Shown here one piece after another: positions 19,149-29,744 of a DNA stretch of 51,570 bases. How positions within the stretch are numbered: position 1 is the first letter of the stretch; each line of letters opens with the position of its first letter. The position numbers and the translations under genes are program-made. This DNA is from Chrysochromulina tobinii. Its lineage: Eukaryota. Location of the stretch: positions 1 to 51,570 of the forward strand of contig JWZX01002769.1 of NCBI GenBank assembly GCA_001275005.1. Direction: 5' to 3'. The notes below the pieces were generated by a model. That model saw nothing but the letters and a program-made list of their open reading frames with translations, had not been told where the DNA came from and made no database searches.

Positions 19149-21306
19149 TCAGCGCACGTAGTCGTAGCCACGCTTGAGGAGCTCGTGGAGCCCATGCGCC
19201 GTGCTCGTCCCGTAGACGCGCACCTGCAGATTGAGGCGCACATACGGCGCCATCATCGCCTGCAAGCTCGGGCTCGCCTCACAGGCCTTCGCATCCACCC
19301 CAGCAACGCGGTGCGGCACGAGCCCTCCGTTGAAGAGAAGCGCGTCGCCCGAGTCTATCTCGACCCGCACCGTGTCCTCTTGGGCTTTGGCACGCGCCCG
19401 GCGCAACGCGCTCGGCGCGGCCGTAGGCAGGTACTCGAAGATGGCCTTGGCGCCTACGGAGATGGAGCATACCCAACCTTCATCCCCCGCGAGGTCGGTG
19501 TGCCACTTGAAGCTGTCTGAGCCGCGGTAGCCAATGGCGAGCACTGAACGGAAATTCGGTCGGCGAGGCCACAGTAGCCGCCTGCTATCCTCCTCCGCTT
19601 GGCGTACGAGCGCCACAAGCGGATCCTCATCAATGCCGATCTCACGGTGCTCCTTGACCCTCTCAAGAAGCGGCCTTCTTGACCGCTTCTTGACCGCCGC
19701 CGCCGCCGGCGCCAAGGATCCGTTGCCGCTCGACGAGCTGCTTGCGCCGGCGCCGCCCGCTAGCCCAACTAGCCCGGCGGTCCCTGCTGCCGTCTCGCCG
19801 GTCGGCGCAGTCGGCGCTGCTGCGCCGTCATCAACCGCGCGCTCAGCCGCAGCGGCGCCGCCCGCTTCCGCCGAGCTAGTTGCGGGCGCCGTTGCGGGCG
19901 CCGTGGTGGGCGCCGTTTTGGGCGCGGCCGCTCGCTCCCGAGGCTGACCCGCGCGGGGTTTCGGCACCAAGCCGTGCTTGAGCGCCCATGCCGGGGCATC
20001 GGCAATCGGCACCTCCCCGAGTGCCTCCTCCTCCCCCTCATCGTCGTCGTCGTCTTCACTGCTGACGCCTTCTTCCAAGACCGAGTTTACCGGCATTCCT
20101 CGATGGCGGCAGTCCTCGATGTGCTCGCGCATGGCCTGAAAGATCGCATCTGCAAGGCAGAGCACCGCCATCGGCGGCGGCTGCTCCTGATCTGTCTTCG
20201 CGCGCTTGAGTCCAGCTTTTCGGCTCTCGGTGCCGATGGGCGGCTGTGCGTGGCATGGGCGTGGGCGGAGGGAAGGGGCGGCGCGATCGCGTGAGCGCAC
20301 GAAGACCGAGCAAAGGCGGTACGCACATGTGCACACATATGCACACACGTACACATGCACGCCCACGCACGCGCATGCACGCGCATGCACGCGCACGCAC
20401 GCGCATGCACGCGCACGCACGCACGCGCGGTACGCCATGCGCTTAAGCACGCCCGCACGCACCTCGTAATAGTTGTAGTGAAGGAGGATGTCCGGTGCTC
20501 CGGGCGTCTTGGTGTACCACGTGTTCGCGCCCTGGTTCAATTCGCCCTCGACGGCGCGGTAATCGAAGCCGCCGCACATGACTGCGTCCCATAGCCGTTG
20601 CTGCGCCTGAGTGTGTTCTCGCAAACGACGAGGCGTGAGTTAGGCAGTCGGCAAGAGACGAGGCGGGCCCACTGTGACGCGCACGGGTGAGCGTAGTGAG
20701 AGGGCGGCGCGAGGCAGTCCGTGCAGCTGGCCGGGCGGCCAGGTCCGTCGGCGACGCGCACTCTCGTACCTCGGGCGTAACCACATTCTTGATCTTGACT
20801 ACACCGCACGGCAGCAGCTCGATCGCACCGTCCGAAATCGTGACGAGCGGAGGCGGAGGCGCGCCGTCCACGCTGCGGTCGGAGCCCGCCGCGGATCCCG
20901 CCGCCTCGCCGCCACTGCTGCTGCTGCTGCTGCTGACCGTGCTCGCGATGGACGTGAGCACACTGCTGGCTTCAGTGGCCACCTCGTCGGCATCGGGGTC
21001 AGCAGCCTTTGCCGGTTGCGCTTTGCGAAACGTCGCGGCTTTGGGTTTGGCTGCAGCCTTTGCAGCGAGAGCTGGCTTCGGCTTCGCCGCCGCCGCCCCC
21101 CCTGTGGCGGCAGCCTTCTTATCGCCACCCAATCGCAACCAAAACTCCTCTGCGAGGTCGTGCCACTTGACATCTCCATCATCGTATGTGATCTGGAAGA
21201 TGCGCCGCCCCTCCTCTCGGTTTACGGCGGTGATGACGCCTTTGAACCATCGCTTCTCTCCCGTCCAGTACACGCGCAGTCGCGAGCCCTTCACCACATC
21301 GTCCAT
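19149..21306 (-). CDS. Tudor-domain plus AlkB-like 2OG-Fe(II) dioxygenase fusion; exons 21306-20770, 20606-20463, 20243-19149
   Basis: Tudor-like GSRLRVYWTGEKRWFKGVI...ITYDDGD; AlkB-type WHTD...SISVG...SGDALLFNG...H...RLNLQVR; GT-AG introns 20769-20607 (needed for frame) and 20462-20244 (in frame, microsatellite-filled). Confidence 0.75.
20319..20429. repeat. About 110-bp alternating purine/pyrimidine tract (GCAC/GCAT units) inside predicted intron 2
   Basis: gtacgcacatgtgcacacatatgcacacacgtacacatgcacg...gcacgcgcatgcacgcgcacgcacgcacgcgcg. Confidence 0.85.
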
Positions 21307-21528
21307 GCGAGTCTTTTTTGCGGGTGCAGCATTGAAGAGTCACGCGTCCTCTGGCCTGAATTGTGAACGTGTTTCGAGACCGCAAAACTTGGAATCGGTC
21401 TAACTGTGCGGATGGGATCTGAGCCTGAGGTTAAACTTGCGTGCGTGCACTCGTCGCGGCCGCTCATGACCTTGAACTTGAACTTGCGAAACGGCCCCGG
21501 GCGACGAGCCACCCTCTCCGAGTGTGAC

Positions 21529-22422
21529 ATGGACGGAGAGCTCGCACGCCTCGTATCAAAGGCCAAGGGCGAGCACAGTTTGGCGGCTGGCTTTGCCCAC
21601 TCGAAACCATGCAAAGTGCCAGTCGGATCTCCAGCTGACGCAAAGAGGGGTGCGCAAAAGCGCAAGGCGGTGGCAGCACCCTCTGCTACAGAGGGCGTCA
21701 AGCGTGCGAAGCCTTCATATCGGCCGATCAGCAATAGAAGCAGCAGCGACGGTGGCCACGCTGGACGGCCGCCGCCACCCAGTTTTGCCGAACGCGACGC
21801 CTTCATGTCGGCCTCAGCCGCTCGCGTACACACTGCGGCTGAGCCTAGGCTGCCACCACCGACACCCAAAGCGTCTGCGAAGCAAGAGACGAAGGATCAG
21901 CAGCAGGAGTTTAGGAACATGGCGCTCAGCGTTGAGATGTTTGGTGCGAACAAGCTCGAGGGCTTGTCCAAAAAAGACCAGAAGGCTCGAGAGCGCGCGC
22001 GGCTTGGCCTCCAGCCCGAACGGGACCACAAGAGGCCGTACAAGCAGCTTGTGGAGCTGCGCAAAAAGCAGCGCACGCAGGACGAGGCCGCGGCCGCGCT
22101 GGCCAAAGAGACGGGCATGACAGGGCGCAAGCAGAGTGCCGAGCTCACCGTCGAGGGTCCCAAGCGCGACAAGTGGGGCGACGGTGTCATCCTCAAAGGC
22201 GGCATGCTGCACGTGGACACGAAGCAGATTCGCAATGTGCGGTTCCACGCTGGCAAGGGAGAGGGAGGAGGCAAGGGTAGAGGCAAGGGCGGAGGCAAGG
22301 GCGGAGGCAAGGGCGGAGGCAAGGGCGGAGGCAAGGGCGGCGGCAAGGGCGGCGGCAAGGGCCGCGGAGGCAAAGGGCGCGGAGGCGGCCGAGGTGGAGG
22401 CGGACGTGGCAAGGGCATGTGA
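21529..22422 (+). CDS. DUF4602/C1orf131/Faf1-like nucleolar ribosome-biogenesis protein with a GGKG-repeat tail
   Basis: SVEMFGANKLEGLSKKDQKARERARLGLQPERDHKRPYKQL and ILKGGMLHV resemble this family; 12-bp GGCAAGGGCGGA coding repeats at about 22250-22415. Confidence 0.6.
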   Translation: MDGELARLVSKAKGEHSLAAGFAHSKPCKVPVGSPADAKRGAQKRKAVAAPSATEGVKRAKPSYRPISNRSSSDGGHAGRPPPPSFAERDAFMSASAARVHTAAEPRLPPPTPKASAKQETKDQQQEFRNMALSVEMFGANKLEGLSKKDQKARERARLGLQPERDHKRPYKQLVELRKKQRTQDEAAAALAKETGMTGRKQSAELTVEGPKRDKWGDGVILKGGMLHVDTKQIRNVRFHAGKGEGGGKGRGKGGGKGGGKGGGKGGGKGGGKGGGKGRGGKGRGGGRGGGGRGKGM

Positions 22423-22595
22423 CCTACCGCAGAAGCGCAGAACTACCGGACGCGAGATTGAGGCTAAGTATGGAACTTACCGTGACGGCGCTCGTCGTGT
22501 TAACGTTCACACCATATTAAGCAAAAGAGCACACTATCCCAGCACACTATGGAGAGGGCCTCCGCGCGTCGCTCGGGCGCCTCCTCCAGTGGACG

Positions 22596-24016
22596 ATGTC
22601 CGATTCGCTACGGTCAGTTTGGACACTGACATTGATATCCCTCACATGCGCACCCCACCCGCCCGCATCGCCGCCGCAGCACCCGCCGCTTGACCCGCCA
22701 CCATTACCGCCGTCCGAACTTCCACCTCTGGAATCCTCTGAGTTCGATCGCCATTTGCGTCATGTGCACCCGCCGGCGCCATCGCCTCCGTGGGCAGCTT
22801 CAGATGTTGGCCGCCGAGAAGAAGGCCGAGGCGTACTCTTGCAGAGCAAGCTCGCCGAATTCTTGCGAGAGAAGTGCGAAGTGCTTCACGGGGGCAACAA
22901 ATTCGCCATGCGTACCGCGCTGAGTGAGATCGCATTGCTGGCACTCGAATCGACCATTTCGACAGGCAGCCGGACGTCGTGGCTCAGCTCTGTCCATCCA
23001 GTCGCGTTCCGCAAGGCGTGCGTTGCGGGTGCTGCGCGCTCGGCCAACGGTCGTGGCTCAGCGGTGGAAGCGATTGCTGCGCTTGTGTCCGCAGACGATG
23101 CTGAGAGTGATGCCGAGACTACCGTCCTTGCACTGCAGGCACTCGAAGCCATCGCTATTGACGAGCCGACTACGGATGTGGACAATGACCATGCATTGGC
23201 CATCTGCGCAACTGGCGTGGTACAACACGTCGTTCGGCTCCTCTCATCTTCAGATGCAGCGCTGCACACACGCGCTGCCGCGGCGGCCGCGGCGCTCGTG
23301 GAGAATGCCTACGCCGCACGCATGTTCCTTGGGGCGGGCGTCGTGAGCCCACTACTTGTGCTCGTACGCCACGGCGGCGATGAGGCGCGCCAGGCGGCCA
23401 TGAGTGCGCTACGTATGCTGTCCATCGACCGCGACGCGCGTCAAGCCATCGCCGGCAAGGCCATGGACTTGCTGGGCAGGGTTCTCGAGGTGGATCCATT
23501 CGCGCGAGAGGCGGCCGCGGAGCTGATTGCATGCTGATCGCAACTGATTGCCACCCTCATCAGGTGGATCCATTCGCGCGAGAGGCGGCCGCGGAGCTGC
23601 GAGCGACGCTCGAGGAGCCGCTAGGGGCTGCGGTGGACTCCAAGGGGCACGCCCGCCTCGCGCGCGATTCGCGCGTCTCGCAAAGTAAGCTGTGGGCAAA
23701 GGCGCAGCGCAACCCGCAACCCGAGAGGCAGCGCGCAGGCGCTCGCTTTCGCCAAGGCTCCCGTGTCCTCTGCAACATGGGCAATGGCATTGCCAAGGCA
23801 GGAGCAGTCGTCGCGCTTGATGTCATCGAGGATGGTCAGTCGTACAAGTACAAGGTGGCTCTCGACGATGGGACAGGAGCCCTCGTTCCCCAAGACACGG
23901 ACCAGTTCGTTCGGCCCGAGAAGAGCATGCACGTGCCGCCGCGGGGACATAACCAGGCGGCGACAGCCGGCCTCGACGCATCGCGGCTGCTGTCGCAGCG
24001 GCAGATTCCCCTTTAA
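22596..24016 (+). CDS. Armadillo-repeat protein with a small C-terminal beta domain; exons 22596-23489 and 23564-24016 (start uncertain)
   Basis: ARM-like GVVQHVVRLLSSSD and AGVVSPLLVLVRHGGDEARQAAMSAL; ORFs 22596-23537 and 23531-24016 join in frame via a 74-nt intron. Confidence 0.7.
23490..23563 (+). other. Predicted 74-nt GT-AG intron whose first 36 nt exactly duplicate the downstream exon
   Basis: 23490-23525 is identical to 23564-23599; the remainder is ATTGCATGCTGATCGCAACTGATTGCCACCCTCATCAG; phase 0, restores the frame. Confidence 0.85.
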
Positions 24017-24153
24017 CAAGCGGACGGCTCCTGGTATCTATCATAGACAGTGCACTCTTCCCATAGATGGTGTTTTGACACATCTCGTCTGCGAGATTGC
24101 GAACTTGCTGTTTGCGTGAGAGCACAAGGCCACATTGACATTGTGTGGGGCCG

Positions 24154-24989
24154 ATGATGCGCCGAGCTGTGCCTTTACTCGCATGGTCCGCGGTGAGCTG
24201 CTCCGGGCTGCACGTCGCAGCTCGCGCACCGCACGTAGCAGCTCGCGCACCGTTTATTCGCCGGGCGGTGTTTCTCTCGACCTCGCGAGGGTTCAATCCC
24301 GACAAGTACTTTACGATGGAGCGACCCGTGGAGACGCGTGATTATATCATGCAGCAGACGATGATCCGAGTCAAAGATCCGGAGGTGTCGCTTAAGTTCT
24401 ACTGCGAGGTTCTCGGCTTCAATCTGGTCATGTATCGCGACTTTCCACAGTACGAGTTTACGGTTTTCTTCGTCGCACAGGTCGACCCCGCATTAATTCC
24501 AAAGAACCCGGAGGATCAATGGCGCTTTTGCATGCAGACGCCCGGATGCATTGAGCTGACTCACAACTACGGCACGGAGGCGGTTCCGGGGCGTGTGTAT
24601 AACACCGGCAACAGTGACATGACCGGCTCGCAGGACGGCCAAAAAGTCAAGGGCGGATTCGGGCACCTGGGAATCACCGTGCCTGACGTCTGTAAGTGGA
24701 GCGCTTGTGCCCGGTTCGTTTGGCATCTCCTCCGCGTCTCTAAAGCTGACACGTCTCTGGTACGACTCGCGTCCTTTCGGCAGACGCGGCGTGCGAACGC
24801 TTCAAGGCACTCGGCTGCGAGTTCACCAAATCGCCCAACTCTGGTGGCATGAAGGGCCTCGCGTTCATCAAAGACCCCGACGGCTATCTGGTGGAGGTGC
24901 TGCCTCAGGGTCCGATGATCACCAAACCGGTAGACTGCAACGGTGTCACTGTGGACGGCGGACCTGGGTACAAGGACAACTCCAAGTGA
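24154..24989 (+). CDS. GLO1: Lactoylglutathione lyase (glyoxalase I) with a putative organelle-targeting presequence; exons 24154-24691 and 24784-24989
   Basis: [21 protein letters not shown] and [19 protein letters not shown]...[15 protein letters not shown]; canonical 92-nt GTAAGT...GCTGAC...CAG intron at 24692-24783. Confidence 0.92.
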
Positions 24990-25640
24990 TGCGACATGGC
25001 GACTCTTCTGTTGTCGGCATCTCCAGTCCGAGTCACCGGCATCAGACACTGCGGATCTTTGATCTCTCGCCCTGGACCGACATTTGTCTCCAAAAGCCTG
25101 ACACGATCTTCCAGATCGGGATTACCGTGCACCGGTCCTCGCGCGGCGGACGAGACACCATAGACCATTCGATCGATCATATTAGATATCCGTAGTAGGT
25201 TTTCTTTGTCTATTTTGTGACCTCCCGGTCCACCCGCCGGCCACGTGGCGGATTTACGATTAAAATTTACTTATTTGTTATTACTAGCGAGAGCCGAGAC
25301 CGCCCGCCCGATGCCATGTATGATGTAAAGCTATCTCGAAAACCGCTCTCGACTGAGGCGCCTCGCCCCCTGAGTACAGCTGGGTTTCACGTCTACGAAC
25401 CCACTCAATGTCCCGTGACCCGTCCCTGCGGGCTACAACCATGGTTCATGCTCGACACGCCGATCAGCTGAGAACTGTGACACGGCGCCGCCCGCTCTGA
25501 CACTTTCTAATCGAAAGAGCAGCGAGAATCTGATTTCCCACGGCAATACATAACTTTTCGCATTCCGGCCCTGTGGCCATCAGGCACCCTGGCTGACCCA
25601 TTCGAGGGCCTCCGCCAAACTACAAGCAAGTCCTTGTTGG

Positions 25641-28600
25641 CTACTGCAACCCAAAGCCCGTGGCATTGTGGATGGCGATGGTGAGCCGATCGCGCAGCTT
25701 TGCGCGCGACTGGTACGCAGGCATGGAGAGCATGTTAAAGCATGTATGCGAGGTTGGCAGATCCATCGCATCGGGACCCGCCCGCTGCAGCACGAACTGG
25801 AGCTTGCCCAAACCGCCGACGGGCGCGCGGTCGCAACCAGTCGCAAAGAGCAGTAGGGCGCGCTTGTCGCTGATGTTCATTGAGTGCACCACCTCCCAAA
25901 AGAACTTGATCGTGGGATCGTTCGGATGGAACCCGTCGCAGTAGCGGGCATTCGCCTCGAGGGCCTGGAAGTCCAGGTGCGGCGTGCCACACACAAGCTC
26001 CTCGAGCTCAGAAGGCGTTAGGAAGGAGAAGGCCACGCCGTCGCAGAGGAGCAGGAAGCCCTTCTGGAAGGCCTCGAACTGGCTTCGGATGGAGTCGATG
26101 AGCCACCATGCGGCGTACCGCTCCACATACTCGTGACGATTCGAGTTGGTCACGGGCTTCTCAGAGCCATTGGGCACGAGCTCAGTGACCTGCAGGGCGC
26201 CGAGGGCGTTGGTCGTGACGCTGAAGTCGGCGCAGAAAGCACTCTCGACGTCGCCGTCGTAAGCGAGCAGCGCGGAGAGGCCACGGCACAGGTCGGGCTG
26301 GATCTGGGGCAGATGCGCAAAGCCCACGGGCTCGTTGAAGACGCGCTGCCAGAGCACGGGTGGAAAGTGGAGGTCGAGGATGACGCCGTTGTAGACAGCG
26401 AGACCGAGCACAAGTCCAACGAGGAAGAACTCCGCCTCGTCGACCGACGCGCGCGAGAACCAAAAGACGCGCGGCTCGTCGAGCCATTCGAACATGCCGT
26501 AGTCCACGTTGAACAACTGGTGCATGAGCTCTTGGAAGAACTCCTTGCGGACCCCTCCTTCATCGATGGCCGGCTCCCCTTCAAAGACGACCCGAAGCGG
26601 CCGCAGCAGTGAGCGGCGACTCTGGTGCGCGAGTGCATCGAGGGCGTCGTCGACCAGGAAGGCACGCCGCACGCGAAGGATGAGGAATGGTGAGGCAGGG
26701 TCGGGAGGCGGGGGAGGCGGTGGCGGCGCGTCTGCCCGCGGTCCGGAGCTGGCGGCAGGCGCCGTGACCCGTGCAGAGAAATTGGAGCGCAGGCGCCGGC
26801 TCTTTGGTGGCAGTGCGAGGTCGTCCACGTCCTGCAGCCGACGCACCCCAGCCCGAAGCATCGCCACTTGCTGATGCACCTGCTGCTGCATCTGAATTGC
26901 GGCCTCGATGTGCAGGAGCTGTGCCTTCGCCTGCGCAGTAAGGATCCAAGGCTCGGAACAGAAGGACCAGCGCGATCGCCAGTCAGGCCCACCCCGCTCG
27001 CACGGCCCATGTTGCATCCACGTGAGATAGTCATGCTGCAAGTCCAAGTGCTCTGAGAGGAACGGTGAGTAGAACTCCGCATCAGCGATGCCGCCGCTCA
27101 GACCTGTGCGTTCGGTGCCACCAGTGCAAAGGTCAGCGCTCACGTCGCCTCCCGTAGCGCCGGCGGCACGCTGGCGAATGAGGAGGTTGGCCTCGCGCGC
27201 GAGGCCGAGCAGCCGCGTCAAGTGGACCACTGGTTCGAGCGCCGAGGGCTCGCTGGCTAGCTGGCGCAACTTGAGTGCCCTTTCGAGTGCCTCGCGCGTC
27301 GGCCGCACGATGCGCGCCGCAAAGATGTCGGTGGGCGTGCCGGTGAGAATCTGGGCGAGATGGGAGCGCTGCTCGGCGCTGAGCCCCTCGTCGATGATCT
27401 TCGCGAGCGCATGCAGCTGCGCCGCCTCCGACTCGTGCGAGAGGAGCGGGTTCTGCAGCAGTACCACGAGGGGTGTGAGCAGGTGCCACGCCCGATGAGG
27501 CGCCGACAACGAGAGCGACCCGAACGACGAGCCACTCCGCTGCAACGGGGGTGGCTTCTTGGTCTCGTCGTGCAGCGCGGTGCTCACCGTAGCAATGAGC
27601 TTCTTCATCGAGTCCTTGAGCGCGGCCAGCACAGTGGGTGCTGCCGCAAAGGTCTTGAGTAGCAGCACGTACACCTGCTCGAGGGTCGCGCCGTGCAAGC
27701 ACGGATGTGCACCGCTCTGATCGGCGAATGAGGCGTTCACGAGAGCCGGCGAGCTGAAGACGGCCCCAACGAGCGCGGCGAGCGCCGTCCAGTCAGCGGA
27801 GGCAGTGAGCAAATTCACCATATCCGGGGCTAGACGGGCGGGCTGGCGGGCGAGGGGGATGGCAACCTCAGCCGAGCAAGGAGCACGTAGCAACACGGCG
27901 GACGAGTGGCCACCCGCCACGACCGAGTGCACTCCGTTGTTGCCGGTCAAGTTGCGCTCTGGCAGCGCGGGAAGCGGCACGAGCTGCGGTGATCGCGCAT
28001 CCACCGTGCTGCCGAGCCCGAGCTGCCCGCTGTGTGCTTGGCCCCACGCGAGCACTCGCCCGTCAGCAAGTACGGCAAGCGAGTGGGAGCGCCCCGCCGA
28101 AAGGCCAACCACTGAGGCAGGCGTGCCCTGTGGACAGAGGAGCTCAACCGGTGTGAACGAGTCTGTCGGCGAGCCTCCCGAGCCGCCGGCGCCCCATCCA
28201 AGCAGACGTGTGCCACCGTCACGGCTCTCCAGCGAAAGCGTGTGCGCGCCACCCGCGGCAATCATCATCACGCCACGACGTAGCGTAGGTAGCGGTCGCG
28301 GCACGGTCACCACCGGCTGGCCTCCGAGCGACGCCTGTGGGAGGCCGAGCGCACCGTTGCGACCCCAGCCCCAGCCAAGCACAGCACCTCCAAAGGTTAG
28401 GGCAACCGAATGGCGCTCGCCCGCGGCCACCTGACAAATAGGTGCCGCGACGAGCGCACGGATGAGGGCGGGCGAGCTCACGCTCTCCATGTCGCCGTGG
28501 CCGAGCGCGCCGAAGCGGCCATTCCCACACGAGTGCACTGCGGCACTCAGGTCGAGGATGAGCATGTGCGCCTCGCCACAAGCGACCATTGAGATGTCGC

Positions 28601-29048
28601 CGACGCTGCTCTTCACGAGCTTGGGTTTGCGCACGTCCAGCAGCGCTTCGGGGCCGTGACCACACTGGCCATGGTCGTTGGCACCGAAGGTCGCAAGCTG
28701 GCCGCATGCAGTGACGACCGCCGTGAAGGCGCCACCACAGCTCACTTGCACGGCCTGGTACTTGGCCGCCAGGCTCTCAAGTCGCTGTGGTGTCTTGAGC
28801 ACAGCGGGCGCGCTGACGCCGCACTGACCGTTGCCGTTGTCGCCCACAGTGAACACACCTCCGTCTGCCATCAGCCACGCCGCATGACATGTCCCGAAGG
28901 CAACTGACCGGACGTGTGTGCCGGCAGAGAGCGCGGGAATCGGCCGCGGCGATAAGATCGTCTCATCATGTTCCAGTGCGCCCTCGGTGGTAGAGGAGAG
29001 CGCAAGCTGGGCCGAATCGTTGTCCCCGAAGACAAGCACGCCCACCAT
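25641..29048 (-). CDS. HERC-type E3 ubiquitin ligase (RCC1 repeats plus HECT domain), intronless
   Basis: RCC1 repeats (VSCGGAFT, VACGEAH, VAAGERHS); HECT motifs FEGEPAIDEGGVRKEFF, FATGCDR and catalytic PTSHTCFN. First ATG at 29048 (the ORF extends to GTG 29234). Confidence 0.92.
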   Translation of the reverse strand: MVGVLVFGDNDSAQLALSSTTEGALEHDETILSPRPIPALSAGTHVRSVAFGTCHAAWLMADGGVFTVGDNGNGQCGVSAPAVLKTPQRLESLAAKYQAVQVSCGGAFTAVVTACGQLATFGANDHGQCGHGPEALLDVRKPKLVKSSVGDISMVACGEAHMLILDLSAAVHSCGNGRFGALGHGDMESVSSPALIRALVAAPICQVAAGERHSVALTFGGAVLGWGWGRNGALGLPQASLGGQPVVTVPRPLPTLRRGVMMIAAGGAHTLSLESRDGGTRLLGWGAGGSGGSPTDSFTPVELLCPQGTPASVVGLSAGRSHSLAVLADGRVLAWGQAHSGQLGLGSTVDARSPQLVPLPALPERNLTGNNGVHSVVAGGHSSAVLLRAPCSAEVAIPLARQPARLAPDMVNLLTASADWTALAALVGAVFSSPALVNASFADQSGAHPCLHGATLEQVYVLLLKTFAAAPTVLAALKDSMKKLIATVSTALHDETKKPPPLQRSGSSFGSLSLSAPHRAWHLLTPLVVLLQNPLLSHESEAAQLHALAKIIDEGLSAEQRSHLAQILTGTPTDIFAARIVRPTREALERALKLRQLASEPSALEPVVHLTRLLGLAREANLLIRQRAAGATGGDVSADLCTGGTERTGLSGGIADAEFYSPFLSEHLDLQHDYLTWMQHGPCERGGPDWRSRWSFCSEPWILTAQAKAQLLHIEAAIQMQQQVHQQVAMLRAGVRRLQDVDDLALPPKSRRLRSNFSARVTAPAASSGPRADAPPPPPPPPDPASPFLILRVRRAFLVDDALDALAHQSRRSLLRPLRVVFEGEPAIDEGGVRKEFFQELMHQLFNVDYGMFEWLDEPRVFWFSRASVDEAEFFLVGLVLGLAVYNGVILDLHFPPVLWQRVFNEPVGFAHLPQIQPDLCRGLSALLAYDGDVESAFCADFSVTTNALGALQVTELVPNGSEKPVTNSNRHEYVERYAAWWLIDSIRSQFEAFQKGFLLLCDGVAFSFLTPSELEELVCGTPHLDFQALEANARYCDGFHPNDPTIKFFWEVVHSMNISDKRALLLFATGCDRAPVGGLGKLQFVLQRAGPDAMDLPTSHTCFNMLSMPAYQSRAKLRDRLTIAIHNATGFGLQ

Positions 29049-29567
29049 CTCCAGCTCAGTTTTGGTGATCACGTCGTCAGGAGTTCGAGGCGTCTCCTTG
29101 TGATTCGGGGACTTCTTCTTCTTGATCACCTTCTTCGCTCGCGTAGGCGTTTCGGTGTTGGGATTGTCGGCGGCGAGGAGGAAGCGTCTGGAAGGACAGA
29201 CGATAACTTCTGGTCGGGTCCGCGGCCCTTCCACAGGTCAGTTTCGTCGCGGTCTCGCACGCTCAACATCCCTCAAAGGACGGCTCCGCACACCACGGTC
29301 AACACAAGTGCTGACTGTACTCGCTCGCTCACAGGCTACGCAATTACGCTAGTAACGTAGTACCGGTACCGGGTCTAGATCGTTCTCTCCCAGCACACAT
29401 TGCCAGCACACAGCTCAGTGGTCCCTGGTGCTTTGCTGCCTTATACTACAGGGCGGGACTGTGATTGGCAATCAGGTGGGTGGTGGGGTGCATCGTGACA
29501 TGTCGTGAGCGTCGGTGGAATCTTTATTACATAGGTTCGCACCCTGCACGTGGCGTGCGCCCGTACG

Positions 29568-29652
29568 TGTGCGCCCGTGTGTCCCGTGTGTGTCCCGGCT
29601 CCCCCCGGTGTCTTTTAACACCTTGTCCCGGCTTTCCCCCCGGGTCTTTCTA
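29568..29652 (+). mobile_element. 3'-end copy of the dispersed SINE-like repeat, plus an adjacent degenerate second 3' end
   Basis: gtgtcccgtgtgtgtcccggctccccccggtgtctttta, as at 38312-38349, followed by gtcccggctttccccccgggtcttt; TACCGGTA at 29361. Confidence 0.65.
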
Positions 29653-29744
29653 AAGTTCTGTGCATGTTTTGAAGGTCAAGTTTTGGCACGGAGTTTTGTT
29701 TGGCTGCTCGTCGGGAATCGATCGGACCAGGCTGTACTTCGGCC

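Noticed and set aside
22250..22420. G-rich tract as a telomere or regulatory G-quadruplex
   Set aside because: Explained by coding GGKG/RGG-like repeats.
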